From an uncultured Candidatus Saccharibacteria bacterium (GTDB taxonomy: Bacteria > Patescibacteriota > Minisyncoccia > Phycocordibacterales > UBA1006), in assembly GCA_964415895.1 (NCBI GenBank), contig CAYQCC010000005.1:875-64874 (forward strand): 64,000 bases of DNA, written 5' to 3'. The notes beneath the pieces were generated by a model. That model ran no database searches. It was not told the DNA's origin and worked only from the letters and a program-made list of their open reading frames with translations. This document shows positions 1 to 8,177 of the stretch, piece after piece (the stretch's first letter is position 1; each line of letters begins with the position of its first letter). A program made the position numbers and the translations under genes.

Positions 1-392
1 CACACCTTTCCAGATGTTTCACCTATATAAAAAATTTGTAACTTTTTGGCTCTACGCCGTCAATGTCCTACAACCCCCAATTCACCTCGCTATGTTCAAT
101 ACTTGTGGTATTCACCACAGCGAGGTTATTTGGGTTTGGGCTAGATTCCGTTTCGCTCGCCGCTACTCAGGAAATAACAATTGTTTTCTTTTCCTCTAGG
201 TACTGAGATGTTTCACTTCCCTAGGTTAGCCCCCACCAGAGGTGGGTATCCGTCATTTAAATTCGGATGGGTTTCCCCATTCAGAGATCTCCGGGTCACA
301 GGTTAATTGCCACCTCACCGAAGCTTATCGCAGGCAGTTCACGTCTTTCATCGCCATCAAGAACCAAGGCATTCACTATACGCCCTTAAACT
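1..392 (-). rRNA. rrl: 23S rRNA, 5' portion (continues beyond window start)
   Basis: Reverse complement matches the conserved 23S 5' domain (e.g. ...GGGAAGTGAAACATCTCAGTA..., GATGCCTTGGT..., AGTAGCGGCGAGCGAAA). The two + strand ORFs in this span are spurious. Confidence 0.9.
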
Positions 393-870
393 TCCTATTA
401 GGAAATCTATATATCACTTCATTATGCTGAAGAATTAAAAAAAGCATAATGGTTTGCTGAATTATTTTAAACAGATAATTCATCGTATGACACGCTGGTC
501 ATACACTTTTGTAAGAATGTTAATACAGTAACGTTTCATATTCGAGTTATGTGTGATCTCGATAAAAATACTTACCTATATGTTACATATCCTTACTGTG
601 TCTGGGATAACAGGATTCATACTTGTCCTGATTTACATCAGGGGTACGTTTCACAAAAATTAGACACGTAAGGCATTCATTTGACAAAGTACGTCACTGA
701 TCAGGGAAATAGGCATCCCGATGAAGGGGTGCAAATTTATTAAACAGTGACAAATGCCAGTATAGCCAAACGAGAAATAAAGTCAAGCATTTTCTTTCCC
801 TTATTTTGGATAATGTACCCTTTTAATATAAGGTCCTTATTTCCAAAGGATTTTGTAAAGGACACCACAT

Positions 871-895
871 AAAAAGCCGCATAAAGCGGCTTTTT
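871..895. terminator. Rho-independent terminator hairpin (AGCCGC-ataaa-GCGGCT) with A/T tracts on both sides
   Basis: Perfect GC stem followed by TTTTT; lies 3' of the minus-strand gene at 928-1614. Confidence 0.6.
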
Positions 896-927
896 ATAAG
901 TGGTAAATAAAGGACAGTATCTATCGA

Positions 928-1614
928 TTATTCACGACTAATCATCTTTCCCATGTCAGACAATACACGTGAAGCATGGTCTTTTCCACCAAGTCCAAAT
1001 GCAAGTCCTCCAGCCAATGCAAACATAGCAAGAACAGCTACGAAGATTGTTTGGATAAGTGTTGCTGCAATTCCTAATTGTGACAATGCGATCAATAGTG
1101 CAAAGATCCAAATTGCCCATGTTGCGATTGATCCAACAAAGTTAGCAGAATGAACTCCTGCAGCTTTCGCTGAACCTGTAACAACACGTCCTGCGGCTCG
1201 TGCTACGATTGATGCAAGTAAAATAACTAATGCTGCAACTAATACACTTGGCAAGAAACCGAATACGATTTGTTGCAAGAATGCGTTTAATTGTGACAAT
1301 CCTAGAATATCAAATACAGCAACTAGGAATACGATAATCAAGAACCACTTAACAAGACTTCCGACAACTCGTCCTAGACTGAAATGAAATCCAGCGCGTC
1401 GGAAAGGTTCTTGGATGCCTGTTTTTTCAAGAACTGAATCAACCCGTGTTAGGTCGATTAAATGCTTGATTGACTTTCCGATCAAATGAGCCAAAACCCA
1501 TCCGATTACAAAGATAACCAATGCAAAAATAATTGCAGGCAGATAACTGATAATACCAAACCAAATTGATTGGAGTGATTGTGCGAGTACAAGACCGCTT
1601 GTTTGAAGTAACAT
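928..1614 (-). CDS. Membrane protein with a duplicated conserved TM-helix motif (MscS-like mechanosensitive channel N-terminal-type repeats)
   Basis: 228 aa, highly hydrophobic, with two similar glycine-rich helical segments (LGxxxxxxGxxxxxL). Confidence 0.45.
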   Translation of the reverse strand: MLLQTSGLVLAQSLQSIWFGIISYLPAIIFALVIFVIGWVLAHLIGKSIKHLIDLTRVDSVLEKTGIQEPFRRAGFHFSLGRVVGSLVKWFLIIVFLVAVFDILGLSQLNAFLQQIVFGFLPSVLVAALVILLASIVARAAGRVVTGSAKAAGVHSANFVGSIATWAIWIFALLIALSQLGIAATLIQTIFVAVLAMFALAGGLAFGLGGKDHASRVLSDMGKMISRE

Positions 1615-1709
1615 AGATTAAATGTGTGAGACAGTTATGAGTAATCTGCCATGTCCGATACCTGGACAGTGACATGTATAGTATACCAAAGATACAAAAA
1701 ATAATGCAA

Positions 1710-1771
1710 GCCCGCACACCCAGAAAAATACGGACCCCGATCGGGGTCCGTATTTTTCTGGGTGTGCGGGC
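1710..1771. repeat. 62-nt perfect palindrome GCCCGCACACCCAGAAAAATACGGACCCCG|ATCGGGGTCCGTATTTTTCTGGGTGTGCGGGC; terminator-like hairpin. Family B, copy 1
   Basis: Seen directly. Shares CCGCACACCCAGA / TCTGGGTGTGCGG arms and flanks (tgcaag...caag(a/c)gcgc) with 3680-3710. Sits just 3' of the minus gene 1809-2471. Confidence 0.7.
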
Positions 1772-1808
1772 AAGCGCATTATATCTCTTCGTAATATTAA
1801 AAGATATT

Positions 1809-2471
1809 TTATGACAGTTCTGAAATTGACAGTTGATTAATCAATTTCTGATGTGGGTAATCAAATACGTCACGAATCAATTTATCGTACATTTTAATAC
1901 GATACATAAACTCGTCTGTTGTGAATGTTGCGTAGCGCAATTCCTTTCCAACCTCTGATTCAATTAATGCGATTTGCTTTTGCATAGTTGATGCGTCGAG
2001 CTTGTCGCCAACAATTAATAGATCCAGTGATCGTTCCATGTCACGCATGAAAATTCCAGAAATCATCATTAGTTTAATTTTACCTGCAGACTTAAAACGA
2101 TTTGGAAGATCAGTCAGAGCGATCAATTCTGATTCCAATAATAATGCGCGAAGCGGTTCAAGTAATGCAAAGCTTGGTTGCAACACGTATACGACTGCTT
2201 TTTTCTTTCGCCCTGTCGGCTTCCCTGTTTTCGTAAGCACAGCACGAATCGCATCTTTCTTAAAAATGAATTCTGATTTTTCAAGAAGTGACAATTCATT
2301 GCGAAGCGTTGCTAGATTTGCCTTTGTTTTTTTTATTAGTTCTTCGCGCGTAAATCCATGACCTGGATGAAATAAAAACAATCGCATCAGTTTTACACGC
2401 GCAGCTGATCCCATGATTTTTCCTAAAATTTCGATAGTGTTGCTCATATGGGACCAGTATACCACAGCCAT
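1809..2471 (-). CDS. Hypothetical protein, possible N-terminal winged-helix domain
   Basis: 220 aa ORF. An alternative start (MSNTIEIL) lies near 2447. No recognisable catalytic motif. Confidence 0.45.
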   Translation of the reverse strand: MAVVYWSHMSNTIEILGKIMGSAARVKLMRLFLFHPGHGFTREELIKKTKANLATLRNELSLLEKSEFIFKKDAIRAVLTKTGKPTGRKKKAVVYVLQPSFALLEPLRALLLESELIALTDLPNRFKSAGKIKLMMISGIFMRDMERSLDLLIVGDKLDASTMQKQIALIESEVGKELRYATFTTDEFMYRIKMYDKLIRDVFDYPHQKLINQLSISELS

Positions 2472-2578
2472 TTTAAACGCAAGTAAAAAATACCTTGAAT
2501 TTTATAGGCAATGTGGTGAGATATTAAATAATTATGAAATGCAACAAAAAAACACCGATTGGTGCTTTTTTGAGTGAA

Positions 2579-2977
2579 TTATTTCAATTCTACTTTTCCA
2601 CCTGCCTCTTCGATAGCTTTTTTCAAAGCTTCCGCGTCTTCTTTCTTCATTCCTTCTTTCAAAGTTGCTGGAATTCCATCAACCATGTCTTTTGCTTCTT
2701 TAAGTCCAAGACCCAAAGCTTCTTTAACAACTTTCATAACAGCGATTTTAGCACCACCGTCTGAAGTAAGAACTACTGTGAATTCATCCTTCTCTTCTGC
2801 TGCTGCTCCACCTGCCGCTGGTCCTGCTACAGCAACTGCTGCAGCTGAAACGCCGAATTTTGTTTCGAATAATTTAACAAGTTCGTTCAAATCTAGAACT
2901 GACATGTTTTCAATTGCTTCAACAATTGATTTGAATTTTGCAGGGATTTCCACTGCTGTTGTTTCATTAGTTTCCAT
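2579..2977 (-). CDS. rplL: 50S ribosomal protein L7/L12
   Basis: 132 aa with an Ala/Gly-rich hinge and the conserved C-terminal domain (...[20 protein letters not shown]...GGKVELK). Confidence 0.95.
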   Translation of the reverse strand: METNETTAVEIPAKFKSIVEAIENMSVLDLNELVKLFETKFGVSAAAVAVAGPAAGGAAAEEKDEFTVVLTSDGGAKIAVMKVVKEALGLGLKEAKDMVDGIPATLKEGMKKEDAEALKKAIEEAGGKVELK

Positions 2978-3004
2978 AATAGATAATCAAAATAAATAAT
3001 AAAT

Positions 3005-3496
3005 TTAAGCTTTTTGCTCTGCAATCTTTGAAAGCGCGATAACCATTCCTTGAATTGGAGAGTTAATAACGTTAACAAACATTCCACGCAATACTTGTGG
3101 TGATGGAATTTCCGCGATTGCCTGCATTTCTGCCGCAGTCATGTATTTTCCTTCAAACACTCCACCGACAACAGTAATGTTATCTGCGAATTTTTTCTTG
3201 AATCCAAAGATTTCACGAGCTGGAGCAATCAAGTCAGAGCCGTAAGCTACTGCAAGAGATCCACCTGCAATTGTAGGCATATCACCTGCAATTGCTGATT
3301 CAGCGAGCGCCTTGGTCAAAAGAGTCTTTTTTGCAACTGCATATCCACCATTACTTTCACGTAGTTGTGATCGCAATTGGTTTGTATCGTTTACGCCAAT
3401 TCCCTGTATATGCAAAAATACCATTGAAGCTGAATCTTTTACGATATCCGTAAATTTCTTCAGAACAGTAACTTTTTGCGCTTTGGTAAGTGCCAT
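3005..3496 (-). CDS. rplJ: 50S ribosomal protein L10
   Basis: Start placed at MALTKAQK... (the six-frame ORF extends further upstream). L10-like throughout; immediately upstream of rplL. Confidence 0.9.
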   Translation of the reverse strand: MALTKAQKVTVLKKFTDIVKDSASMVFLHIQGIGVNDTNQLRSQLRESNGGYAVAKKTLLTKALAESAIAGDMPTIAGGSLAVAYGSDLIAPAREIFGFKKKFADNITVVGGVFEGKYMTAAEMQAIAEIPSPQVLRGMFVNVINSPIQGMVIALSKIAEQKA

Positions 3497-3679
3497 ATAA
3501 AATGTATATGATACAGATGTATCAAAGTCTATCCAATAATAATCGAGCCCATTACAGACAAGATAATGCATGAGTCATTTCGACCTGTGGCGGGATATTT
3601 CAGTACAATGTTACCATTGCACACCCAACCGTCTCTGGTGCATACCGGATCACAATAGCATAATAATTCAAAATTGCAA

Positions 3680-3710
3680 GACCGCACACCCAGAGTCTGG
3701 GTGTGCGGTC
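3680..3710. repeat. Palindrome GACCGCACACCCAGA-GTC-TGGGTGTGCGGTC. Family B, copy 2; terminator-like
   Basis: Seen directly. Same arms as 1710-1771. Lies 3' of gene 3722-4153 and about 185 nt upstream of rplJ. Confidence 0.7.
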
Positions 3711-3721
3711 AAGAGCGCTCT

Positions 3722-4153
3722 TTAGTCAGACTTCCAAGGAGACATGCTCATCAACATATCCTTTATTCCATTTAATACGATCATGATAAATTCAAACGTT
3801 CCCACTACCAAATCTTTCAATATATTATAAAGAACCGTCAGAAATTCATTAATAATTGGAATAACCCATCCTTTTCCAAAAAAGAGGTCATAGGATGCAA
3901 TAAATATAAAGAATAACACCCAAAAGGTTGCTTCAGATCGGTACAGTGAAAAACTGAACAGAAAAATCAACGTAATAATGACTACGACGAGTAATTTCAA
4001 TCCATTAAACGGTCCAAATTCCAAGAGTTTTACGATTCGATCTTTTTTATTATCGTCGGATTTATCTTTGAAATACTTGCGTAGCCACCCAATTCCCTTG
4101 AATATCTCGGATTTTATAAATTCCAAGTCACCTTTTAATGTTGGACGTGCCAT
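3722..4153 (-). CDS. Hypothetical membrane protein
   Basis: 143 aa with two to three predicted TM helices. Confidence 0.45.
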   Translation of the reverse strand: MARPTLKGDLEFIKSEIFKGIGWLRKYFKDKSDDNKKDRIVKLLEFGPFNGLKLLVVVIITLIFLFSFSLYRSEATFWVLFFIFIASYDLFFGKGWVIPIINEFLTVLYNILKDLVVGTFEFIMIVLNGIKDMLMSMSPWKSD

Positions 4154-4219
4154 ATATCCATACCTTAGTCAGAACGTCGTTTTTTGCAAGGTTAGCCATT
4201 TTTGGTATACTATTAGGGT

Positions 4220-4465
4220 ATGATTATGAAACAAGAAGGATCAATTTTTTTTGGGGAGAAAGGGTCAGGAAATAAGGTCATTGAGAATGTGGAGCCAACT
4301 CACGCATACGAGGAAACTCATCTTGGTCAGGATTCGCGCGACTTACCTGAGACTGACATCCTAAGAGCTCGGGATTCTCTGGTAAACAAAAATTGGGAAG
4401 AAGAGCAACTGAGAAAAAGAGAAGCAGATATGAAAAAAGCATTCGAATTTGACGAAGCAGCTTAA
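4220..4465 (+). CDS. Small acidic hypothetical protein
   Basis: 81 aa ORF followed immediately by a strong terminator. Confidence 0.45.
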   Translation: MIMKQEGSIFFGEKGSGNKVIENVEPTHAYEETHLGQDSRDLPETDILRARDSLVNKNWEEEQLRKREADMKKAFEFDEAA

Positions 4466-4469
4466 ACTA

Positions 4470-4495
4470 AAAAACACCTGACGGTGTTTTTTAGT
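4470..4495. terminator. Bidirectional rho-independent terminator (AAAAACACC-tgac-GGTGTTTTTT)
   Basis: Hairpin flanked by an A tract and a T tract. Confidence 0.7.
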
Positions 4496-4512
4496 TTATA
4501 ATTATTTTTTAT

Positions 4513-4878
4513 GTTGTCATACCGGACTAGATCCGGTATCCAGTGCATTATTATATTCCAGATAAGTCTTTCCAGTCTGGGTTATCTTTTTCAATCAATT
4601 CGAGCTTCCATAACCGAGGCCATTTTTTAAGCAATTTCTCTCGAGAAATTGCAGATTCAATATCATGACAATGCTCATAGTATACCAGTTTAGATACGTC
4701 ATATTTCGAAGTAAAACTTTTTTCAAAATGCTTAGCTTTATGTTCTTGGATTCTTTTCTCTAAATTGCTGGTAATACCAATATAAATCGTTCCATTTTTA
4801 TTACTAGCGAGTATGTACACATAATAGATTTTATTTTCCATATATCCTGGATGCCGGATCGAGTCCGGCATGACAGCA
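4513..4878 (-). mobile_element. Compact GIY-YIG element bounded by 28-nt hairpin inverted repeats (TGTCATaCCGGACTAGATCCGGtATCCAG ... CTGGATgCCGGATCGAGTCCGGcATGACA). Copy 1
   Basis: The terminal repeats are reverse complements of each other, and the a/t versus g/c differences are compensatory within the hairpin. The same architecture occurs at 57595-57972. Confidence 0.5.
4551..4841 (-). CDS. GIY-YIG nuclease superfamily protein (COG2827/UPF0213-like, URI-domain endonuclease)
   Basis: YYVYILASNKNGTIYIGITSNLEKRIQEHK... is a GIY-YIG motif. An alternative upstream ATG at 4871 lies inside the right terminal repeat. Confidence 0.8.
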   Translation of the reverse strand: MENKIYYVYILASNKNGTIYIGITSNLEKRIQEHKAKHFEKSFTSKYDVSKLVYYEHCHDIESAISREKLLKKWPRLWKLELIEKDNPDWKDLSGI

Positions 4879-4882
4879 GTGT

Positions 4883-5875
4883 TTATTTTCGTCGGATAAC
4901 ATCGGCAACGGCAACCTTGATAGCATCGCGATCAACTTTATAAAACTTTAACAATTCCTCTGGTGTTCCAGATTGTCCAAACGAATCGCGTACTCCGACA
5001 AATTCCATCGGTACTGGAAATTCTTCCACAATAACTTCGGCAACTGCACTTCCCATTCCACCCATTATTTGATGTTCCTCTACTGTTACTATTGCGCCTG
5101 TTTTCTTTGCAGCGGTAATTATCGCAGATCGGTCAATTGGCTTTATGGTGTGCAAGTTTATAACATCCGCATGAACTCCTTCACTCTCTAAAGATTTTGC
5201 AGCTTGCAATGCTTCATAGACAAGAGATCCGCACGCAATAATTGTTACATCTGCAGATTCTGTTTCGTAAACCATTTGAGCCTTTCCTAATTCAAACGGA
5301 GTTTCTGATGTTGTAAATGTCGGAACACCAGATCGCCCTAATCGCATATAGGCTGGTTTTCCAGATTCTGCAATGGCACGTGTTGCAGCGTTTGCTTGGT
5401 GCATATCAGCTGGAACAATCACAGTCATGTTTGGAAGTGCTCGCATGATTGCAACATCTTCCAATGCCTGATGTGTTGCACCATCGGGACCAACTGTTAA
5501 TCCTGCATGACATCCAATTACTTTTACAGGCATATCATTTATACACACCGTTGTTCGAATTTGTTCCCAATTTCGTCCTGGTGAGAATGTTGCATAACTT
5601 GTGATGAACGGAATCTTTCCAACGTTGGCCATTCCAGAAGCAACTGTTACCAAGTTTTGTTCAGCAACACCAATTTCGATAAATCGTTCTGGGAATTCTT
5701 TTTGAAACCATTCCATGCGCGTAGATTCAGAAAGATCCGCAGTAAGCCCGACAATGTTGGCATTCACTTTTGCAGCATCCACAAGTCCATGACCAAAACC
5801 ATCCCGAGTAGCCTTGCTCTCGAGCTTTGATTGATCAAATAGATCTGGGTTTAGTTTTAAGTTTGAGTTAATCAT
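4883..5875 (-). CDS. Transketolase, C-terminal subunit (pyrimidine-binding plus C-terminal domains)
   Basis: 330 aa with GCHAGLTVGPDGATHQALEDVAIMRALPNMTV... typical of split transketolase subunit B. Confidence 0.9.
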   Translation of the reverse strand: MINSNLKLNPDLFDQSKLESKATRDGFGHGLVDAAKVNANIVGLTADLSESTRMEWFQKEFPERFIEIGVAEQNLVTVASGMANVGKIPFITSYATFSPGRNWEQIRTTVCINDMPVKVIGCHAGLTVGPDGATHQALEDVAIMRALPNMTVIVPADMHQANAATRAIAESGKPAYMRLGRSGVPTFTTSETPFELGKAQMVYETESADVTIIACGSLVYEALQAAKSLESEGVHADVINLHTIKPIDRSAIITAAKKTGAIVTVEEHQIMGGMGSAVAEVIVEEFPVPMEFVGVRDSFGQSGTPEELLKFYKVDRDAIKVAVADVIRRK

Positions 5876-6423
5876 AATTCGTTTGATAACTTTTTGTTAT
5901 TAAGCTCGTTTAGTTTCATAACGTCTTTCGAAGAAAGAATATTGCCATAATCTTCTGGTGCACGCGTAATCTCAATCTTGTTATCTAATTCCTCTTCTTC
6001 ATTCCAGTCCCCCGCTGTGTACACAGCTTTCGGTTGCAGCACGAATTTCCCTTTACTATTTCGCAGAATAATTAACTTATATCCTTTAGGTTTTGCTCCG
6101 AGTTCCTCAGCTTTATTAAGATGAGCGTTTTCGTGCGCCATAGTATGAAGTGTTTTTTCAGGTATCCTATCAAGTTGTTCTAATGCAAATTGAAATTCTG
6201 GAAGAGACTTTAAAAATACTGTCGCATTTTTAATGATTTGCTTTATTTCTTTTTTACGAGTCAAAAGATCTTCTGTTGGTGATTGATCAATTTCTTTTAA
6301 TTCTTCTACAAGATTCTCGTAATCAGATACTTTCAATATATTTTCCTTTCTTTGATTAATGTCTTTGATTATTTTACGCTTTCTTTGCTCGAATGGATTT
6401 TTATTTATTTCCTTAAATTCCAT
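5872..6423 (-). CDS. Hypothetical protein with an HExxH motif (AHENAH); putative small zinc metallopeptidase
   Basis: 183 aa, Lys/Glu-rich, with a single HExxH. Located inside the split-transketolase operon. Confidence 0.4.
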   Translation of the reverse strand: MEFKEINKNPFEQRKRKIIKDINQRKENILKVSDYENLVEELKEIDQSPTEDLLTRKKEIKQIIKNATVFLKSLPEFQFALEQLDRIPEKTLHTMAHENAHLNKAEELGAKPKGYKLIILRNSKGKFVLQPKAVYTAGDWNEEEELDNKIEITRAPEDYGNILSSKDVMKLNELNNKKLSNEL

Positions 6424-6468
6424 ATCATTTATTTTACCATAAACAAAAAAACTTCACTACGAAGCTTT

Positions 6469-6723
6469 TTATAATACAAGTCTCAGTATCGCAACAATTC
6501 CAATCAAAATCCAAATAATGTTCAGCACCATTGGTTGCCAGTCGCGACGCGCTGATGCAACCAGCACCAATCCGAGCGATCCAACAATATTCATCAACTG
6601 AAACCAAATATTGTGAACGGTCAGAATTTCAAAACTCACTAAAAAATATGCCATAACAATCAGCACCATGCCAATCCAGCCGATGGCTTGAAATCGAGGT
6701 TTTGGAAATAAGTAATCAAGCAT
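6469..6723 (-). CDS. Small membrane protein (2 TM helices)
   Basis: 84 aa and hydrophobic. Tightly packed between 6725-7477 and 5872-6423. Confidence 0.45.
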   Translation of the reverse strand: MLDYLFPKPRFQAIGWIGMVLIVMAYFLVSFEILTVHNIWFQLMNIVGSLGLVLVASARRDWQPMVLNIIWILIGIVAILRLVL

Positions 6724-6724
6724 A

Positions 6725-7477
6725 TTATTTTACAGAATAAGTTTCCAGATCGACATTATTACAATCAATAAACTTCTTTGTGTCTAAATTATATTGACCT
6801 TCATATTTTCTAATCTGAGGTAACTTGAAAAAGTTTTCTTGAAACAAATAAATAAATGTTTTCAATGGATTTCCTGGATAGCAAAATAGTATCCACTTCT
6901 CCCGACCTTGAATAAATTCATTTGGTAATTTTATCTGCCCTTTTAATATTAAATAGAGTAGCAATATCTCTTCCAAAAAGAAATTGATTTGGTTTTCGTT
7001 AACTTTTTGTCCAAATGCTTTTGCGTCATCTTTAAGATATTTTTGAAACAACTTATCCTTTTTATAAATATCTTTCAATTGGTTTGAATAATCTATATAA
7101 GTCTTTGAAAGTATGTAGAGCTGACTCCAGGTCATGTATGAAAAAGCATGTTGGATTTGAAATGTCTTTCTATTTTTATGCACTAAATCCTGTAACCAAT
7201 TTGAATGCTGCCAAACCAGGTGTGTGAACTTCTTTTTCAGTGTCAGAGCTTTTTCCGCACTATGTAAATATAGAAAATCACCATAAATGAAGTTTGCTCC
7301 GACTTTTGGAGCAGTCGCTTTATGCTCTGCAAAACGCTTTAGTTCTCCAATTATCGTATCAGGCGCATGTCCGTTTAATAATTTACCCATAGAGAATGGA
7401 AATAATAAAATTCCCTCCTCGCTTGGAAATCTATTAATGTCAAAAAACTCATTTTTTTCTGGCAGCTTAGTTTTCAT
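6725..7477 (-). CDS. Hypothetical protein (250 aa) with a class-I-aaRS-HIGH-like segment (PFSMGKLLNGH)
   Basis: No confident family assignment. The loose HIGH-like segment invites comparison with Rossmann-like class I folds such as cyclodipeptide synthases; this is speculative. Confidence 0.45.
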   Translation of the reverse strand: MKTKLPEKNEFFDINRFPSEEGILLFPFSMGKLLNGHAPDTIIGELKRFAEHKATAPKVGANFIYGDFLYLHSAEKALTLKKKFTHLVWQHSNWLQDLVHKNRKTFQIQHAFSYMTWSQLYILSKTYIDYSNQLKDIYKKDKLFQKYLKDDAKAFGQKVNENQINFFLEEILLLYLILKGQIKLPNEFIQGREKWILFCYPGNPLKTFIYLFQENFFKLPQIRKYEGQYNLDTKKFIDCNNVDLETYSVK

Positions 7478-7483
7478 AAATTT

Positions 7484-8173
7484 CTACAAATTAGTTATAT
7501 CAAAATCTTCATATTCTGCTGGCAACCTTCCCTTTTCCTTTAGATACAAAATTCCTGTTTTTAAAATATCGTTCTTATAATAGTCATCAAATCCGCTTTC
7601 CTTGCTTTCTGCAGTATTCATATTATCAACTGCTTCTTTTAATTTTGCAGCAATTTCGTCGTCAGTCATGATTTCGTACTGCTCTAGTTCTGGATTCTTA
7701 CCCAAGCGCTTGTCAGCGTCGAAATAAAGACCTTTCAGCTCTATGTAATCTTTTCCATTCAGCGAAAACCAACCGGTAGTCCTTAATTTCTCGTTGACGT
7801 TTTTAATCGCCTCTTTTTTCTCTTGTTCTATGTCTGATTTTTTCCTTATAGAGCTTATGTCAAAATCCTCATATTCAGGAGGAAGCTTTTCTTGTTTTTT
7901 AAGAAAAGGAATTCCCTTTTCAAGAATGGTTTTAAATCTGTTCTCAAAACTATCGTCTTTTTTTGAAAGACTAAATCCTTTTACTGCATCGTCCAGTATT
8001 TTCTTGATTTCTTCAACGGTTAATAATTTATAGAGAGGTTCGTCCATTGTATCTTCATATTCTGCTCCAGGACCACCCTGTAAAAGAACATGGTCTTTAC
8101 CGGTAACATCAAATCCACCACTATTCTGGCGCTTTTCTCTTGCTAATTGAATTGATGTCTTTATGCTTTCCAT
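7484..8173 (-). CDS. Hypothetical protein with two ~100-aa internal repeats, each ending LP(P/A)EYEDFDI(S/T)
   Basis: Start placed at MESIKTS, just after the tkt-N stop (the six-frame ORF extends into the tkt gene). The internal repeats are seen directly. Confidence 0.5.
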   Translation of the reverse strand: MESIKTSIQLAREKRQNSGGFDVTGKDHVLLQGGPGAEYEDTMDEPLYKLLTVEEIKKILDDAVKGFSLSKKDDSFENRFKTILEKGIPFLKKQEKLPPEYEDFDISSIRKKSDIEQEKKEAIKNVNEKLRTTGWFSLNGKDYIELKGLYFDADKRLGKNPELEQYEIMTDDEIAAKLKEAVDNMNTAESKESGFDDYYKNDILKTGILYLKEKGRLPAEYEDFDITNL

Positions 8174-8177
8174 ATAA

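Noticed and set aside
14-430. Two + strand ORFs (61 and 62 aa) at the window start
   Set aside because: They lie inside and antisense to the 23S rRNA 5' domain, so they are spurious.
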